Part shown: piece after piece, positions 22,601-30,880 of the stretch
How positions within the stretch are numbered: the first letter of the stretch is position 1
Layout of the letters: each line of letters starts with the position of its first letter
Source: a virus
IMG/VR virus record: IMGVR_UViG_3300048575_000119
Location: 3,348-67,347 of that record
Reading direction: 5' to 3' (one strand)
DNA length: 64,000 nt
Notes under the pieces: model-generated
What the model saw: only the letters and a program-made list of their open reading frames with translations
Databases searched by the model: none
What the model was told of the DNA's origin: nothing
Program-made: the position numbers and the translations under genes

Positions 22601-23571
22601 ACCACAACGGATCCACCGAGAGGCACATGTGTGGCCTCAACTACGGTCAGCTCCCCGGGCCTCTCAGCTACAACTACGTCGCGTCGGGTTCTCAAACCTG
22701 GTACGACCCGGCTCCGGCCAACGGGTGTTACCAGCCACGGCCGTGGAGCCTTGACCTTAAGTGGAACGATCGCCTTGGGCGCTGGATCCTTTCCACCGGG
22801 CACCTTTGGGGCTTGAACAATGCCGCCTCAGCCTTGGGGCGAGATGACATCCAGCAGGAGTACGGCCTTCGTACGCTGCTCTATTTCAACGGGGGCACCT
22901 TCAACAACCCCGTCACGGGCTACAGCGGGCGAACGCTTACGGGCAAGTTCTACGTTCCTATGATCCAGCCTGGTATGCGCCTGGCCTTCTGGGATACCGC
23001 CAACGAGAAGTTCGCGGTTGTTATGACCATCACGGGAACGGGTGGGTCCGTAACAGCAGATCCCTTCGGCATCGCGGCATACTACACGACCCTCTACGTT
23101 GACGTTGATTCCTCGCAGCTCACAGCCAGTGACATTGCGATCGTCACCCACGGGCATAGCTTGGGCGAGCCCTACACGACCTACATCATGACGAGAGAGG
23201 ACGTTTACGTCACGACGCTTGGGGTTGGTAATGCTGCCGTCGAAATCATCGATGGTGACTCTTGCAGCCTTGAGGACATGGATATTCGAGGCGGTCAGGT
23301 TGACGTTTCGGAGGTCTTCAACTTCATGGCCCGCCCAACTTGGCGATCCGCAGGTGCGATGGTTGGTGCCCCGTACGACATCGCGAACGTGTATGGCTCC
23401 TCTTTGGCGAGGCACTACACGCGATCCTTCTTGTCACCTGCGGGTAAGGTAGAGACTGTTCGCCTCTCGAACGTCCGATCCCAAACGCCCTGCAAGTACG
23501 GCCAAGGATCGGACCCCGCCGATCCCCTGAAGGGCACGCAACGAGGGGCTTTCCGTAATAGGAGATCCTGA
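16636..23571 (+). CDS. Giant tailspike/receptor-binding protein with a pectate-lyase-like beta-helix start and propeller-like repeats
   Basis: 2311 aa; KVHLRRGNYQITRTIHVPPGVVIEGEG at about 18181; many xxW(N/D)GxxFxVxW repeats. Confidence 0.6.
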   Translation: MANVFTSTGTITNLTRLELEQLRRADSFTAGKALTVGDSAYGAENVVGKGDLNAEPYYTSPEIPLDSVYTNTPPTAPGIGLSTQTAVEGTPTDSVSWVGPELIYDSDVGWAETTTRWRDDTAGLNFTLFVQAGDLLLIKSKPSGVMSRNTWAVGTVLTVTANTLTLTNIYNPSWSTPSNLHAEADLYNYVIVRPSAAQLFAVPGSGPTGREQTFMMVQPGASVHSLLSPTVDQVNAVRLLNVVPANASGTTTIDRADGVYGAPAPRTSLDKLGYRVVLYPDNGSGTGPDLTRPIATLNPLINSTISADDQRMTIDYQAGIIRFSCAPRTGDDIKPSAGCVNTTTGRLNLYAVFWVIDTSLTKGNARGLWASRSTYYGAKAAGRIEFDASNNWWKIHSGISGKYFFVRALDAAETGETQVTEFGAYDVTGPRSFKYRSMSETWVFTRHSAIDADPATSVELGVADKIMLTMGDGANPAIIPGGDIQPSATSVTGGYRDVTYPLKSLVKTASYGAYNKVHLRRGNYQITRTIHVPPGVVIEGEGSATVLRNMTSNSPILRFGANTPWGVYDFDWDNTYHTPTSILPSTIMTKVEGFDICWNPNKRCWGFVWGDTTTQEVWFQEMTLAGTPLHAGQGIPLKNTATPLFTSETGASAPVARHTAGHAPRIAYDTFRNRYGVVWVETGLFNAPYVGITLFKVTDTDTVSTLYTTTLGSFTKSYDLPSIAFNDFDDGYTAYVSTAVKETGNPASIELHQVSESGVTTYDYALPAYYVITSTDVAINTEGLAMVVWSCLNHLLIEGTSGSITAGTPSTFHHNDTIDFTTLGVVAGDKFHHLNLTVGSDVEGGMDGYVCDAPSASTVSIKREDSPDKSWTAHAATNIRWAISPKGYIMSAYLGGSGLTPGLVIDSGTLAAGYFKAEMREPDFVRISAGSDGRYLVVFQAFNTTAYLSKTTLRNFDDGISFDFIDSGAIPVQSPYLYREHIGTCSVLMGATGGALEPSGSVTATRMEPDGSSLSNLLLCGNTGVAAKSLGAPDPLMPRPNSAWLNFQIATVNEPWGPRRGYHLDVSARNIVHKWTATRPMSLIPDVTWTGEDWTVISPTQNQIFSDTGYIILDGGDSYLVDETYFFGSGTKTYTDGNYLPQTASGTVYFPASGITATYTVISEHCVLLDTAMPAGKISYYAVYDHETYYDEARLNTGLKSMLFRVASDGSLIQGCSHLTPAMSHLGEEVFLTKPYIPDTRIETVSRRKVYTQYSPNVSSGGGNDPMTWGDLAQTGLINGGWYTNYPSTRISGDIGFVGAFVGAPRSYSYHTPTEAPLAALAWGESFFASMGRQYSPSQIALYRQSAGPYNSAAKSLRLENISKRRNELSITPTYMRMLSHTRILTRWGLPAIGTAGFDTDGYRNCFVYPSQKMMPETNPLLTVYYGNIYVGYTGRHAISWNATYTNATGEGPIEYMGPDSTWNSSNVMAFPPGTSVAPDTGSDPYPAARREYNSGAPIVIWNGSNFVAFWTEQMANCATDQQGNLICMGTYPGGEETHRIDDSIGTLNDMNRPTVNQVVRVSCGQGLDLNEIGDTTDPNRGQIATLGAAFSGKNYCVAWAVGLHPDTDTGSFQAGSTIGVTIFHGVTGSGGAQSYVLNTSTNGLYFSSPKVVWDGQAFVVFWRVGGDSGGAIRYQVVPEEGLGQSIQLRDLSAPTTQKFNRKHSIGRFHSMGMIQLGDASDISCGPGDLLHIQSTRTVTTTSGTGSTSGSVLTDGTANFVAAGIVAGDMVVIGGASRYTITNVAATQLTVEYSIGTLASIAYTVEHYVYQTKNAGWYTIRDYNPVQQTIHLALGIDCPWDGQEVIGAIFSGVGVGTNANTSIYKSDLSLPIPLTGISRAGQLLPSASQNEYSTTASDPARLLDVIYNEQDGTFAILYLDDNRFVGIQTVTRSDFRAFNRALITTSSVREGKISWNGHHYLVVYIQGTYIYYALLSRDFAVEESNVLLYHNGSTERHMCGLNYGQLPGPLSYNYVASGSQTWYDPAPANGCYQPRPWSLDLKWNDRLGRWILSTGHLWGLNNAASALGRDDIQQEYGLRTLLYFNGGTFNNPVTGYSGRTLTGKFYVPMIQPGMRLAFWDTANEKFAVVMTITGTGGSVTADPFGIAAYYTTLYVDVDSSQLTASDIAIVTHGHSLGEPYTTYIMTREDVYVTTLGVGNAAVEIIDGDSCSLEDMDIRGGQVDVSEVFNFMARPTWRSAGAMVGAPYDIANVYGSSLARHYTRSFLSPAGKVETVRLSNVRSQTPCKYGQGSDPADPLKGTQRGAFRNRRS

Positions 23572-24215
23572 TGGCCTACGTTCCCGCTGTACACTACCTG
23601 GTCGACCTCTTCGATGCGCCGGTCGCGTCGGCCAAGATCAACGACGTCATTGCGGCGACGACAGGCGTGAGCGAGATCAATGGGAACTTCGTCGTCAGGG
23701 TTCCCGGGGACGTCTCGGTGCAAAACCCCACGAACCTTGCGGAACTTCTCACGCAGAAGTACGCGGGGCTCTTGGCGGCGAATGCTGGCTTCACGGAGGT
23801 CATCTGGGATGACCTCCTCGATGCTTCGCACACGGACACGGCCGCCCCCAACGTAGAGGGGCGGTTTGGGGATCGCGGCACGATCGTTATCAATCCCGGC
23901 AAGGTCTTCCAATCCACGGTCATCAGCCCGATCCCAGGCTTCGCCCCCTCACAAGCCGTCGTCACTTGGGAAACCTTCGAGTATGTCGACGTTGACCCTC
24001 GATCCGATCGAATCGTACGGTCTTACGGGGGAACCTGGGCTGACCTTGTGAGCACTTGCGAGGTCAGCTTCGACAATGGCGTTTCCTTTTTCGCGGTGAC
24101 GGATGGTGGAGTGGTCAACATCCCTCTCGTGAGCCAAGGAACGGACTTCATCATCCGCATCACGAACACCACGGCAGCACCAATTCATCTCGGCTCTTGG
24201 GCGGTTGTGTATTGA
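23571..24215 (+). CDS. Hypothetical virion protein
   Basis: 214 aa, coupled to the tailspike stop (TGATG), beta-rich. Confidence 0.55.
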   Translation: MAYVPAVHYLVDLFDAPVASAKINDVIAATTGVSEINGNFVVRVPGDVSVQNPTNLAELLTQKYAGLLAANAGFTEVIWDDLLDASHTDTAAPNVEGRFGDRGTIVINPGKVFQSTVISPIPGFAPSQAVVTWETFEYVDVDPRSDRIVRSYGGTWADLVSTCEVSFDNGVSFFAVTDGGVVNIPLVSQGTDFIIRITNTTAAPIHLGSWAVVY

Positions 24216-24242
24216 GGATCCTCTAGAGGAGCAGATGTAGAT

Positions 24243-27200
24243 ATGGACAACCTCGGATCTGGCGTATCCCGAAACCTCAGCCCGGCGCAGCGCGCCCTAT
24301 TGACCGTCATCTGGCAGCAAGGTAAGCCCCCAACCGACGCCGAGCTGAACCTGCTTCAGCAAGTCGGTGACGAGTGGAACCGGGTGCTGACCCTTCGAGG
24401 CACCCCCTCCGGATGGATCTCCAACGATACCAACCCCGGGGATTGCTACGACACGGACCCCTCCCGCTCCAATTGGTTCAAGTTCGGGCGGCAGGTAAGC
24501 GGTGAAACCCAACCCGCTATGTGGGCGGTTGTTAATGGATGGCTCATCCCCGTCACGACGACCCTCACGGGGCTGCCTCCCGGCGCGGCGGATAACACCT
24601 CGACCTGGAACAAGATCACGCTGGACCCCCCGCCCACAAGCGCAGGGGACTATCGCGTTGACTTCGTCTTCCTCGAGGTCTGGAAGGCTCGCGTAGCACC
24701 GGACCCCTCCTCGGCCAACAAGCCCTCCAACAGCGGGCTCTACTTCCAAGGCAACGTTGAGAGCGGCCACGACGCCATCACGGACGACCTTCAGGACCCC
24801 GCCCTTGGAATCGAGACGACTCAGCGCGTTCAGCTCCAATACCGGATCAGGGTTGTCACGGGGCTCGTAGGTCTCTCGTCCTATCCGGACGGCTTCGACC
24901 CGACCGTTGTGAAAGCCCAAGGGGCGGCAACGTCGGCGACCTCCTGGACCTTCTCGAACATGCGCAAGGAGCTGGGCGATCCTGGGCTTTGGCGGGCCGG
25001 AGACGGCAGCACCAACACGCTTGGAACCGTTGACGGCTACGTCTACGCCATCCCCATGTGCGTCGTGTTCCGGCGCAACAGTCAGCCTTGGAACGGTGAG
25101 CCCTCCCCCAACTTCAACGGGAGCTTCAACCGTAATCCCACGGCAACAAGCCGGGCTGGAGCCGCGACCTTTTCAACGATTCCGACCCTCACCTCGGACA
25201 TCTCGGCCACCGCTACAACAGCGACCCTTTCGAGCGTCTCGAACATCGCCCTCCCGCTATCCCCGACAACGGCGATCCTCATCCGGATTGGCGACGAACT
25301 CTTGGAGTACTCGACGGCCATTTCAGGAACGACGATTACCTTCTCGACACGCAGGGCACGTGGAACCAAGGCGGAGGTTCATAAGGCCGGAACCCCGGTG
25401 GAGATCGTCGCAGAGCGCCCTGATGGTCTTTTCTCCGATCAGATTGCCTTGACGGACATTCTTGACCTCCGGCACACTGTCAATCCCAACGGGTTCGACT
25501 ATGAGGCGCACCTCAAGGCGAGCTTGGATAAGCTCCTACGAGGCAAGCTCCGGACCTCTTGGAAGTACACCACAGCGGGTGTACAGGGGACCTTCGTACC
25601 CTACCAGGACTACATCGCGTCCAGCGCGCCCCCGGTTGCAGGCGCCGATAAGCTCGATTCACCCGACAACATCCGTGAGATCTTCTCGGATGCCGCCTGC
25701 GTTCAACGCTGCACGGCGGTCGTCAAGGCCAATGCCTTGGCGGTCCCTGCGGCGGTCAACGTGCCTTGGACGTTGGGGTTCACGGTGAACCAGACAACAC
25801 GCGCGGTCGTCAATCAGTTCAACCCCAATGACGTCCTGGTGATTCCGATCTCGTCGTTCAAGCTCACCTTGCCTGCGGCGGATCAGGATCAAGTACGGTT
25901 CCTCGACCCAGGGTACTCAAGTGCGATCGAGATCCATGTGGATGGCATCGATGGGCCTATCCCACCCTCTTGCTACACGGTGACCCCCGCCAACCCTGAA
26001 ACGACGGACGACCTCACGATCACGCTTGGTGCGGACTTCCCCACGGGGGTTGGAAGCAATGGGAGCAACATGTACATCACGCTCCACGTGCTATATGGCG
26101 CGGGGCGCGGGCTCTCCCACCGGCCACTTTCCCTTCAGAACGTGTCGTACTACAACCCCTCCACGGAGGTCATGACCCAGCAGGAGCAGGCACCAACGAA
26201 CAACGTGCCCCTTCGGACGGCATGGGCGCCCCTTTGGTCGAAGTACCGCAACACGGTCTACAGGGGCCTGGTGCCCGTCACGGCCGAATCCTACGCGGAC
26301 CTCGGGTCCAAGTCGGTCATCCTCACGCCCTTCCGGCGCATCGTGATGCCTACCCTGCTCCAGCCGCTTGACGGAAATGGGCTCTGGTCCGGGGCGGCCA
26401 TTCGCACCGGCACCGTAGGGACCACGGGGACCACCTGGGACTACACCTTCACGGACACGACGGTCAACTTCACCACAGGGGTGGTTGTGCAGCCGGGCGA
26501 CCGTCTGGTCATCACCTCCGGGACCTGCGCGGGCTCCTACGCCATCACGGCGGTCACGGCAACGCAGCTCACGCTTTCCAGCCGCATCGCCCCTACAGTC
26601 GGGGCGGTAAGCTACGAGATCTACCGGGGCGTTGGCCTCATGCCTCTCCTGAAGCGTGACGGGGTGACAGCCAAGTGGACCACGACGGACCCCTTGGAGA
26701 TCTTCTCGGGCTGCACGGACCCCGTAGCGGCGCGCAAGAACATCTACGTTCGTATGCCTCGCAACCTCGTCCCTGGATGGGGTGAGGTTCGAACCCCGAT
26801 TCAGCACCGCAATCCTGACACGGGGACCTTCAACGAGGGCGTGAACTTCCTCATCATTTCGAAGAAGGGCGCATCCCCACCGAATTCAGAGAAGAACTAC
26901 GTCGCCTACACCCCGGGTGGGTCGCCACACTACGCGATCTTCTCGACTTGGAATTGGAATCTCCCAGAGGCAGCGGCGGAGTACAACACCAAGATCACGG
27001 TCAGCGGCACGACCTTGGCGGGTATGCGCAAGTTCAATGACGTTCCGTCGCCATCACGCCCCACGGCGCGCGGCCTTGGTCGGCAAGGGCTCGAGCTGCC
27101 GCCCTTCTATGGGATTGCCCGCCTCTTTGCGGTCTATGAGGCCCAGGACTACAAGACGAACAGGTCGGCGTACGACTACAACACGAGGGAGCTGCTCACC

Positions 27201-28601
27201 TCTACGGGCCATGCGACGAACCTCCTTCGCCAGAATATGGACCCCAACACGCCGGTCTTCTGGATTGAGAAGGACGACGACGGTGACTCCACGTTCATCC
27301 TCAACGCCGAGGCGATCGATATCACCAAATCGCCCACTACGATCGCGGATTTCGCCAGCGGCGAGTACGTCATCGAAGCGAGCGTCTTTGGCTTTGACCG
27401 TGACGCCTTCGACCTCGATCAAGAATGCCGCATCGTCCTGACCCGTGAACGGCTCCAGGCGAATAGCGGAACCAGAGCTTCGAACATTGGTGAGAACGTT
27501 ATCACCTTCGACGGCCCCGAATGCGTCATTCCAGCTCCGCCTGCGGCGACGGATACGATTCTCGTCAACTACTGCCGGTCACCCTACCAAGGGGACCCAT
27601 TCGGTTCACAGACCCTCTTTGTGGACCAGGGGTACTATGCCGGACCCTTGACGACGATCAACGCCTACAACATGAGCACGACCGAGCTTGACGAATCAAG
27701 CCTCACACGGGCCAATCAGAAGCCCCTTGAGGTCCTTGCTTCCGTTGGGTTCGTCACGACCCTTGGAACGGGTCGCATGAGCGGGACGATCGACTCAGAC
27801 GTCACGTCAGCTTATTGCCCCGGCTACGAGAACCTCTCAAGTTACCCCCCGGCGACCATTTCTTCGGCACGGCCTCGGGTCCTTGCCCAAGCGATCGGAT
27901 CGGGTGACTACCAAGAAGCGGTTGCGACGGAGTACCTTGGCTGCACGGAGAGGCTCCCCTTGGGGTCCCTCTTCCGGGACAAGGACTTCCGGGGCGGTAA
28001 GCTCAGCGGCTATGGTGACCTCTTCAACGTCCCCATCGTCTACACGCGAACGGCCCCCGGTATCCTCGGGATCAGCCTTCAAGCCAACAAGGAGCTTGAG
28101 GCCAATGAGGCCCCCTTGGATTGCTCAACCCCAGCATCTGGGCAGCCAGGTGAGGTCCTTGTGGCGGTCGACGGTAGCCCGAACATCAACCAGTACGTAG
28201 CCTTCCGGACCTTCCGGGGCGGGAGCGTGTTCAACGCTTCTGGTGGGCACCCTGGCGGCGAGGTTGCTTGCACAAACGGGCACATTTCGCCGATCTACAA
28301 CTCCACCAACTTCATCTCAGGCCGAGCTATGCTGGTTCGTAACTCCTCGACCTACATCGGGCTCAATGAGGTTTCGGCTGGGGATGAACTGATGCTCTTG
28401 ATCGTCACGACGGCGACCCGCTGCGTAGGCGGTTCCGACCAAGATGCGAGGGTCATCATTGGAACGAATGGGACGGGCGAAGGCGTCTCCGCCGCAGACC
28501 TCTACCGCATTGACGGGCGGCCCCTGGTACGGGACAACGTTGGACACGACGTGGATCCCACGGCGATCAGCCTTTCGAAGCACTTCAGCGTGACGCTGTA
28601 A
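24243..28601 (+). CDS. Large tail/baseplate structural protein (paralog of 11819-14392)
   Basis: 1452 aa, GAGGAG RBS, shared N-terminal blocks with 11819. Confidence 0.6.
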   Translation: MDNLGSGVSRNLSPAQRALLTVIWQQGKPPTDAELNLLQQVGDEWNRVLTLRGTPSGWISNDTNPGDCYDTDPSRSNWFKFGRQVSGETQPAMWAVVNGWLIPVTTTLTGLPPGAADNTSTWNKITLDPPPTSAGDYRVDFVFLEVWKARVAPDPSSANKPSNSGLYFQGNVESGHDAITDDLQDPALGIETTQRVQLQYRIRVVTGLVGLSSYPDGFDPTVVKAQGAATSATSWTFSNMRKELGDPGLWRAGDGSTNTLGTVDGYVYAIPMCVVFRRNSQPWNGEPSPNFNGSFNRNPTATSRAGAATFSTIPTLTSDISATATTATLSSVSNIALPLSPTTAILIRIGDELLEYSTAISGTTITFSTRRARGTKAEVHKAGTPVEIVAERPDGLFSDQIALTDILDLRHTVNPNGFDYEAHLKASLDKLLRGKLRTSWKYTTAGVQGTFVPYQDYIASSAPPVAGADKLDSPDNIREIFSDAACVQRCTAVVKANALAVPAAVNVPWTLGFTVNQTTRAVVNQFNPNDVLVIPISSFKLTLPAADQDQVRFLDPGYSSAIEIHVDGIDGPIPPSCYTVTPANPETTDDLTITLGADFPTGVGSNGSNMYITLHVLYGAGRGLSHRPLSLQNVSYYNPSTEVMTQQEQAPTNNVPLRTAWAPLWSKYRNTVYRGLVPVTAESYADLGSKSVILTPFRRIVMPTLLQPLDGNGLWSGAAIRTGTVGTTGTTWDYTFTDTTVNFTTGVVVQPGDRLVITSGTCAGSYAITAVTATQLTLSSRIAPTVGAVSYEIYRGVGLMPLLKRDGVTAKWTTTDPLEIFSGCTDPVAARKNIYVRMPRNLVPGWGEVRTPIQHRNPDTGTFNEGVNFLIISKKGASPPNSEKNYVAYTPGGSPHYAIFSTWNWNLPEAAAEYNTKITVSGTTLAGMRKFNDVPSPSRPTARGLGRQGLELPPFYGIARLFAVYEAQDYKTNRSAYDYNTRELLTSTGHATNLLRQNMDPNTPVFWIEKDDDGDSTFILNAEAIDITKSPTTIADFASGEYVIEASVFGFDRDAFDLDQECRIVLTRERLQANSGTRASNIGENVITFDGPECVIPAPPAATDTILVNYCRSPYQGDPFGSQTLFVDQGYYAGPLTTINAYNMSTTELDESSLTRANQKPLEVLASVGFVTTLGTGRMSGTIDSDVTSAYCPGYENLSSYPPATISSARPRVLAQAIGSGDYQEAVATEYLGCTERLPLGSLFRDKDFRGGKLSGYGDLFNVPIVYTRTAPGILGISLQANKELEANEAPLDCSTPASGQPGEVLVAVDGSPNINQYVAFRTFRGGSVFNASGGHPGGEVACTNGHISPIYNSTNFISGRAMLVRNSSTYIGLNEVSAGDELMLLIVTTATRCVGGSDQDARVIIGTNGTGEGVSAADLYRIDGRPLVRDNVGHDVDPTAISLSKHFSVTL

Positions 28602-28611
28602 CGGAGAAGCC

Positions 28612-28866
28612 ATGCTAGGACATCTGAACTACATCGGATTGACCGCTGAAAAGCGGGATGAAGTGGCAGCCAAAGCCAGGACGCAAATCAAGGCGGCGCT
28701 TTCCAACCCGGCGCTTACGGAGGAGCAACGGGCCGTTCTTCAGGAGCGTTTGACTCGGCTCAACCAATGGGCGGCGGGATCCCTCCCCTCGTCCGCGACC
28801 CTACGTGCCTCCCAAAACCAGACCGTCTCCGTGGCCGAGGGTGTTTCGGTCGGCGAGAAGGTCTGA
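28612..28866 (+). CDS. Small hypothetical protein (possible tail assembly chaperone)
   Basis: GGAG RBS, 84 aa helical ORF filling the gap. Confidence 0.5.
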   Translation: MLGHLNYIGLTAEKRDEVAAKARTQIKAALSNPALTEEQRAVLQERLTRLNQWAAGSLPSSATLRASQNQTVSVAEGVSVGEKV

Positions 28867-28877
28867 TCCTTCTATAG

Positions 28878-28903
28878 GCCGGTCTCCTACGAAGGAGACC
28901 GGC
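28878..28903 (+). promoter_or_regulatory. RBS-sequestering hairpin upstream of the holin
   Basis: GCCGGTCTCCT-ACGA-AGGAGACCGGC, an 11-bp perfect stem whose 3' arm contains the AGGAG of the ATG at 28905. Confidence 0.7.
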
Positions 28904-28904
28904 T

Positions 28905-29327
28905 ATGCCTCAAAACATCGGGATCGAAATCTTCGCCAATTGGCAGACGTTGGTGCTGGCCCTCGGCATCTTCGTCATCACATACATCATCCGCTTGAGC
29001 ATTCAGACCTTCTGGAGGACCTGGAAGGAGAACCGCGTCTACAATGAACTCGTGCTGCACGCTCTTCCGATCGTGATTGCCTTGATCATTGCCATCTTCG
29101 CCAAGAAGTATCCCTGGCCAGACGCTGCGCTTACGACCTCCGCCTCGGCGCGCATCTTCTATTCCATGTTCATCGGAATGGCTTGCGGGATCTTCTACGG
29201 ACGCGTTCGGGCCTTGATCGGAATGGTCAACCTTGGAGTCAAGCTACCTGAAGCCAAGGATGTCGTTCCGGACATGCCCACCTCGGACGAAGGCGCTGCT
29301 GCAAAGGCTCCGGAAAACAAGCCGTGA
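28905..29327 (+). CDS. Putative holin
   Basis: 140 aa with three hydrophobic segments and a charged C-terminus, directly after the tail genes. Confidence 0.6.
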   Translation: MPQNIGIEIFANWQTLVLALGIFVITYIIRLSIQTFWRTWKENRVYNELVLHALPIVIALIIAIFAKKYPWPDAALTTSASARIFYSMFIGMACGIFYGRVRALIGMVNLGVKLPEAKDVVPDMPTSDEGAAAKAPENKP

Positions 29328-29851
29328 AAGACTTCTGGCGCGCGGTGTGGGAGCACATCAAGGCGGCGGCTAAGTGGCTTGCCATGAAGGTCGCCGCCCC
29401 TGGTGTGGCTCTTCTCATTGTCGTCGGAGCCATTATCCTCGTGGCGATTGGCTTCAAGGATCTCCAGATCGGTGGGCTTCTCGGCAAGATCCTGGGTAAG
29501 GCCCCTCCCGAGGGTAAGAAGGTCATCGACGTCGCCAACACGATCCCCAAGGATCGTGTTGACCCTAATGGGAATCTCATCCCCATTGGCAAGCCCGACT
29601 CCGTGGGGGATACGCAAATCCAAGTGGTCCCCATTGATCAGCCAGGGCTCTTTTCCAACCCCGACCATGTGACGTTCACGTCCCCAGGGGAAACGACTCC
29701 CACAACGGTGGTTCTCCCTGACGGTGTGAAGGCCAAGGACGTTGACCAGGTTGTCATCGTCAAACCCGACGTCGTCGTGGTCACGGTCAAGGACAACTCT
29801 GGTGTAACCCCCACGCAAGTGGACGACCTTCTCAAGAAATATGGCGGGTAA
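29324..29851 (+). CDS. Membrane-anchored protein, putative i-spanin-like
   Basis: N-terminal TM (VAAPGVALLIVVGAIILVAIGF) then a soluble domain; overlaps the holin stop. Confidence 0.45.
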   Translation: MKDFWRAVWEHIKAAAKWLAMKVAAPGVALLIVVGAIILVAIGFKDLQIGGLLGKILGKAPPEGKKVIDVANTIPKDRVDPNGNLIPIGKPDSVGDTQIQVVPIDQPGLFSNPDHVTFTSPGETTPTTVVLPDGVKAKDVDQVVIVKPDVVVVTVKDNSGVTPTQVDDLLKKYGG

Positions 29852-30455
29852 GATGCGAAACGGCGTCATCCTCATGGTCGTGGCCTTGTGCCTCTTCTTG
29901 GCTCGCTTTGCCTTGGGGGCGGAGTGTGCTCCTGGGTCGACTTGTGTGCCCCCCGAGGACATGAAGGTCTTCGTCAAGCTCCTCCAGGAGAAGAAGTGCC
30001 TCCAATCGAGCAAGCCGGTCTTCCAGCTTGACCCCATCACCGTCGTAACGGACAAGGACGGGCGCACCTTCGTTTCAGGGGACAAGCCCTACCCCTACCG
30101 CCTACACATGACGTGGTGTGACTACACGGCGGACGCTGAGGGTAAGGTGACGGCGACGGCTGCCCGTATGGTCCCGCCGACCTACGGCTTCCGTTTCCGC
30201 CCCAAAGCCTACGTCAGCTACCTCCCCCTTGAGGCTATCAAGGACGAGAAGGCGGGGACAGGGATCGACGCGGGCGTGCTTCTTGATTTCTTCCATTGGC
30301 GGTGGGCCAACGTGAATGCGGCTGTAGGCGTCCGGTCCGGGGGCCTTGGCGTAGGCGTTGACATCACCTCGAACTTCGGCGCCTACCTCGGGTACGGTAT
30401 CACCTGGGGATCTTGGCGCCACAACCCCAACGGCGGCCTCTGGTTCGCCTTCTAG
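29841..30455 (+). CDS. Exported protein with C-terminal amphipathic beta-strands (outer-membrane beta-barrel-like); alternative start 29853
   Basis: Signal peptide MRNGVILMVVALCLFLARFALGA; alternating strands ending GGLWFAF with a terminal Phe. Confidence 0.5.
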   Translation: MAGKMRNGVILMVVALCLFLARFALGAECAPGSTCVPPEDMKVFVKLLQEKKCLQSSKPVFQLDPITVVTDKDGRTFVSGDKPYPYRLHMTWCDYTADAEGKVTATAARMVPPTYGFRFRPKAYVSYLPLEAIKDEKAGTGIDAGVLLDFFHWRWANVNAAVGVRSGGLGVGVDITSNFGAYLGYGITWGSWRHNPNGGLWFAF

Positions 30456-30465
30456 GAGGCTTGTC

Positions 30466-30873
30466 ATGGTTTCTGCGGGAACGCACTTGATCATCGATGG
30501 TTACGTGCGGGACGCCAGCGTGTTCGACGCTGCCCGTCTCGAAGCGCTCTTTCGAACCTTGGTTGACGCCCTGGAAATGCAAATCCTCCACGGCCCCACG
30601 TTCGTGGAGGTTCCCTTGGACGAAAGCAAGCTCCAATCGAGCGTCTTTCAGGACGAGGGTGGCATCACCGGGTCCTGCATCATCTCGACGAGCCACATTG
30701 CCATCCACTGCTGGCCTCTTCGACGTTTCTTTTCTTTGGATGTGTTCTCGTGTAAGGACTTCGACACGGCTCGAGCTATGCGGGTGATCCACGAGGCCCT
30801 CTCGCTTGAGAACGTCAACGTTCACAACATCAATCGAACGAAACCCGTTGATCACCGGACCGTTCAGGCATAG
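30466..30873 (+). CDS. speD: Pyruvoyl-dependent S-adenosylmethionine decarboxylase-family proenzyme
   Basis: AGGAGG RBS; GTHLIID...GGITGSCIISTSHIAIHCWP...LDVFSCKDFD. Confidence 0.8.
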   Translation: MVSAGTHLIIDGYVRDASVFDAARLEALFRTLVDALEMQILHGPTFVEVPLDESKLQSSVFQDEGGITGSCIISTSHIAIHCWPLRRFFSLDVFSCKDFDTARAMRVIHEALSLENVNVHNINRTKPVDHRTVQA

Positions 30874-30880
30874 GTGGGAC

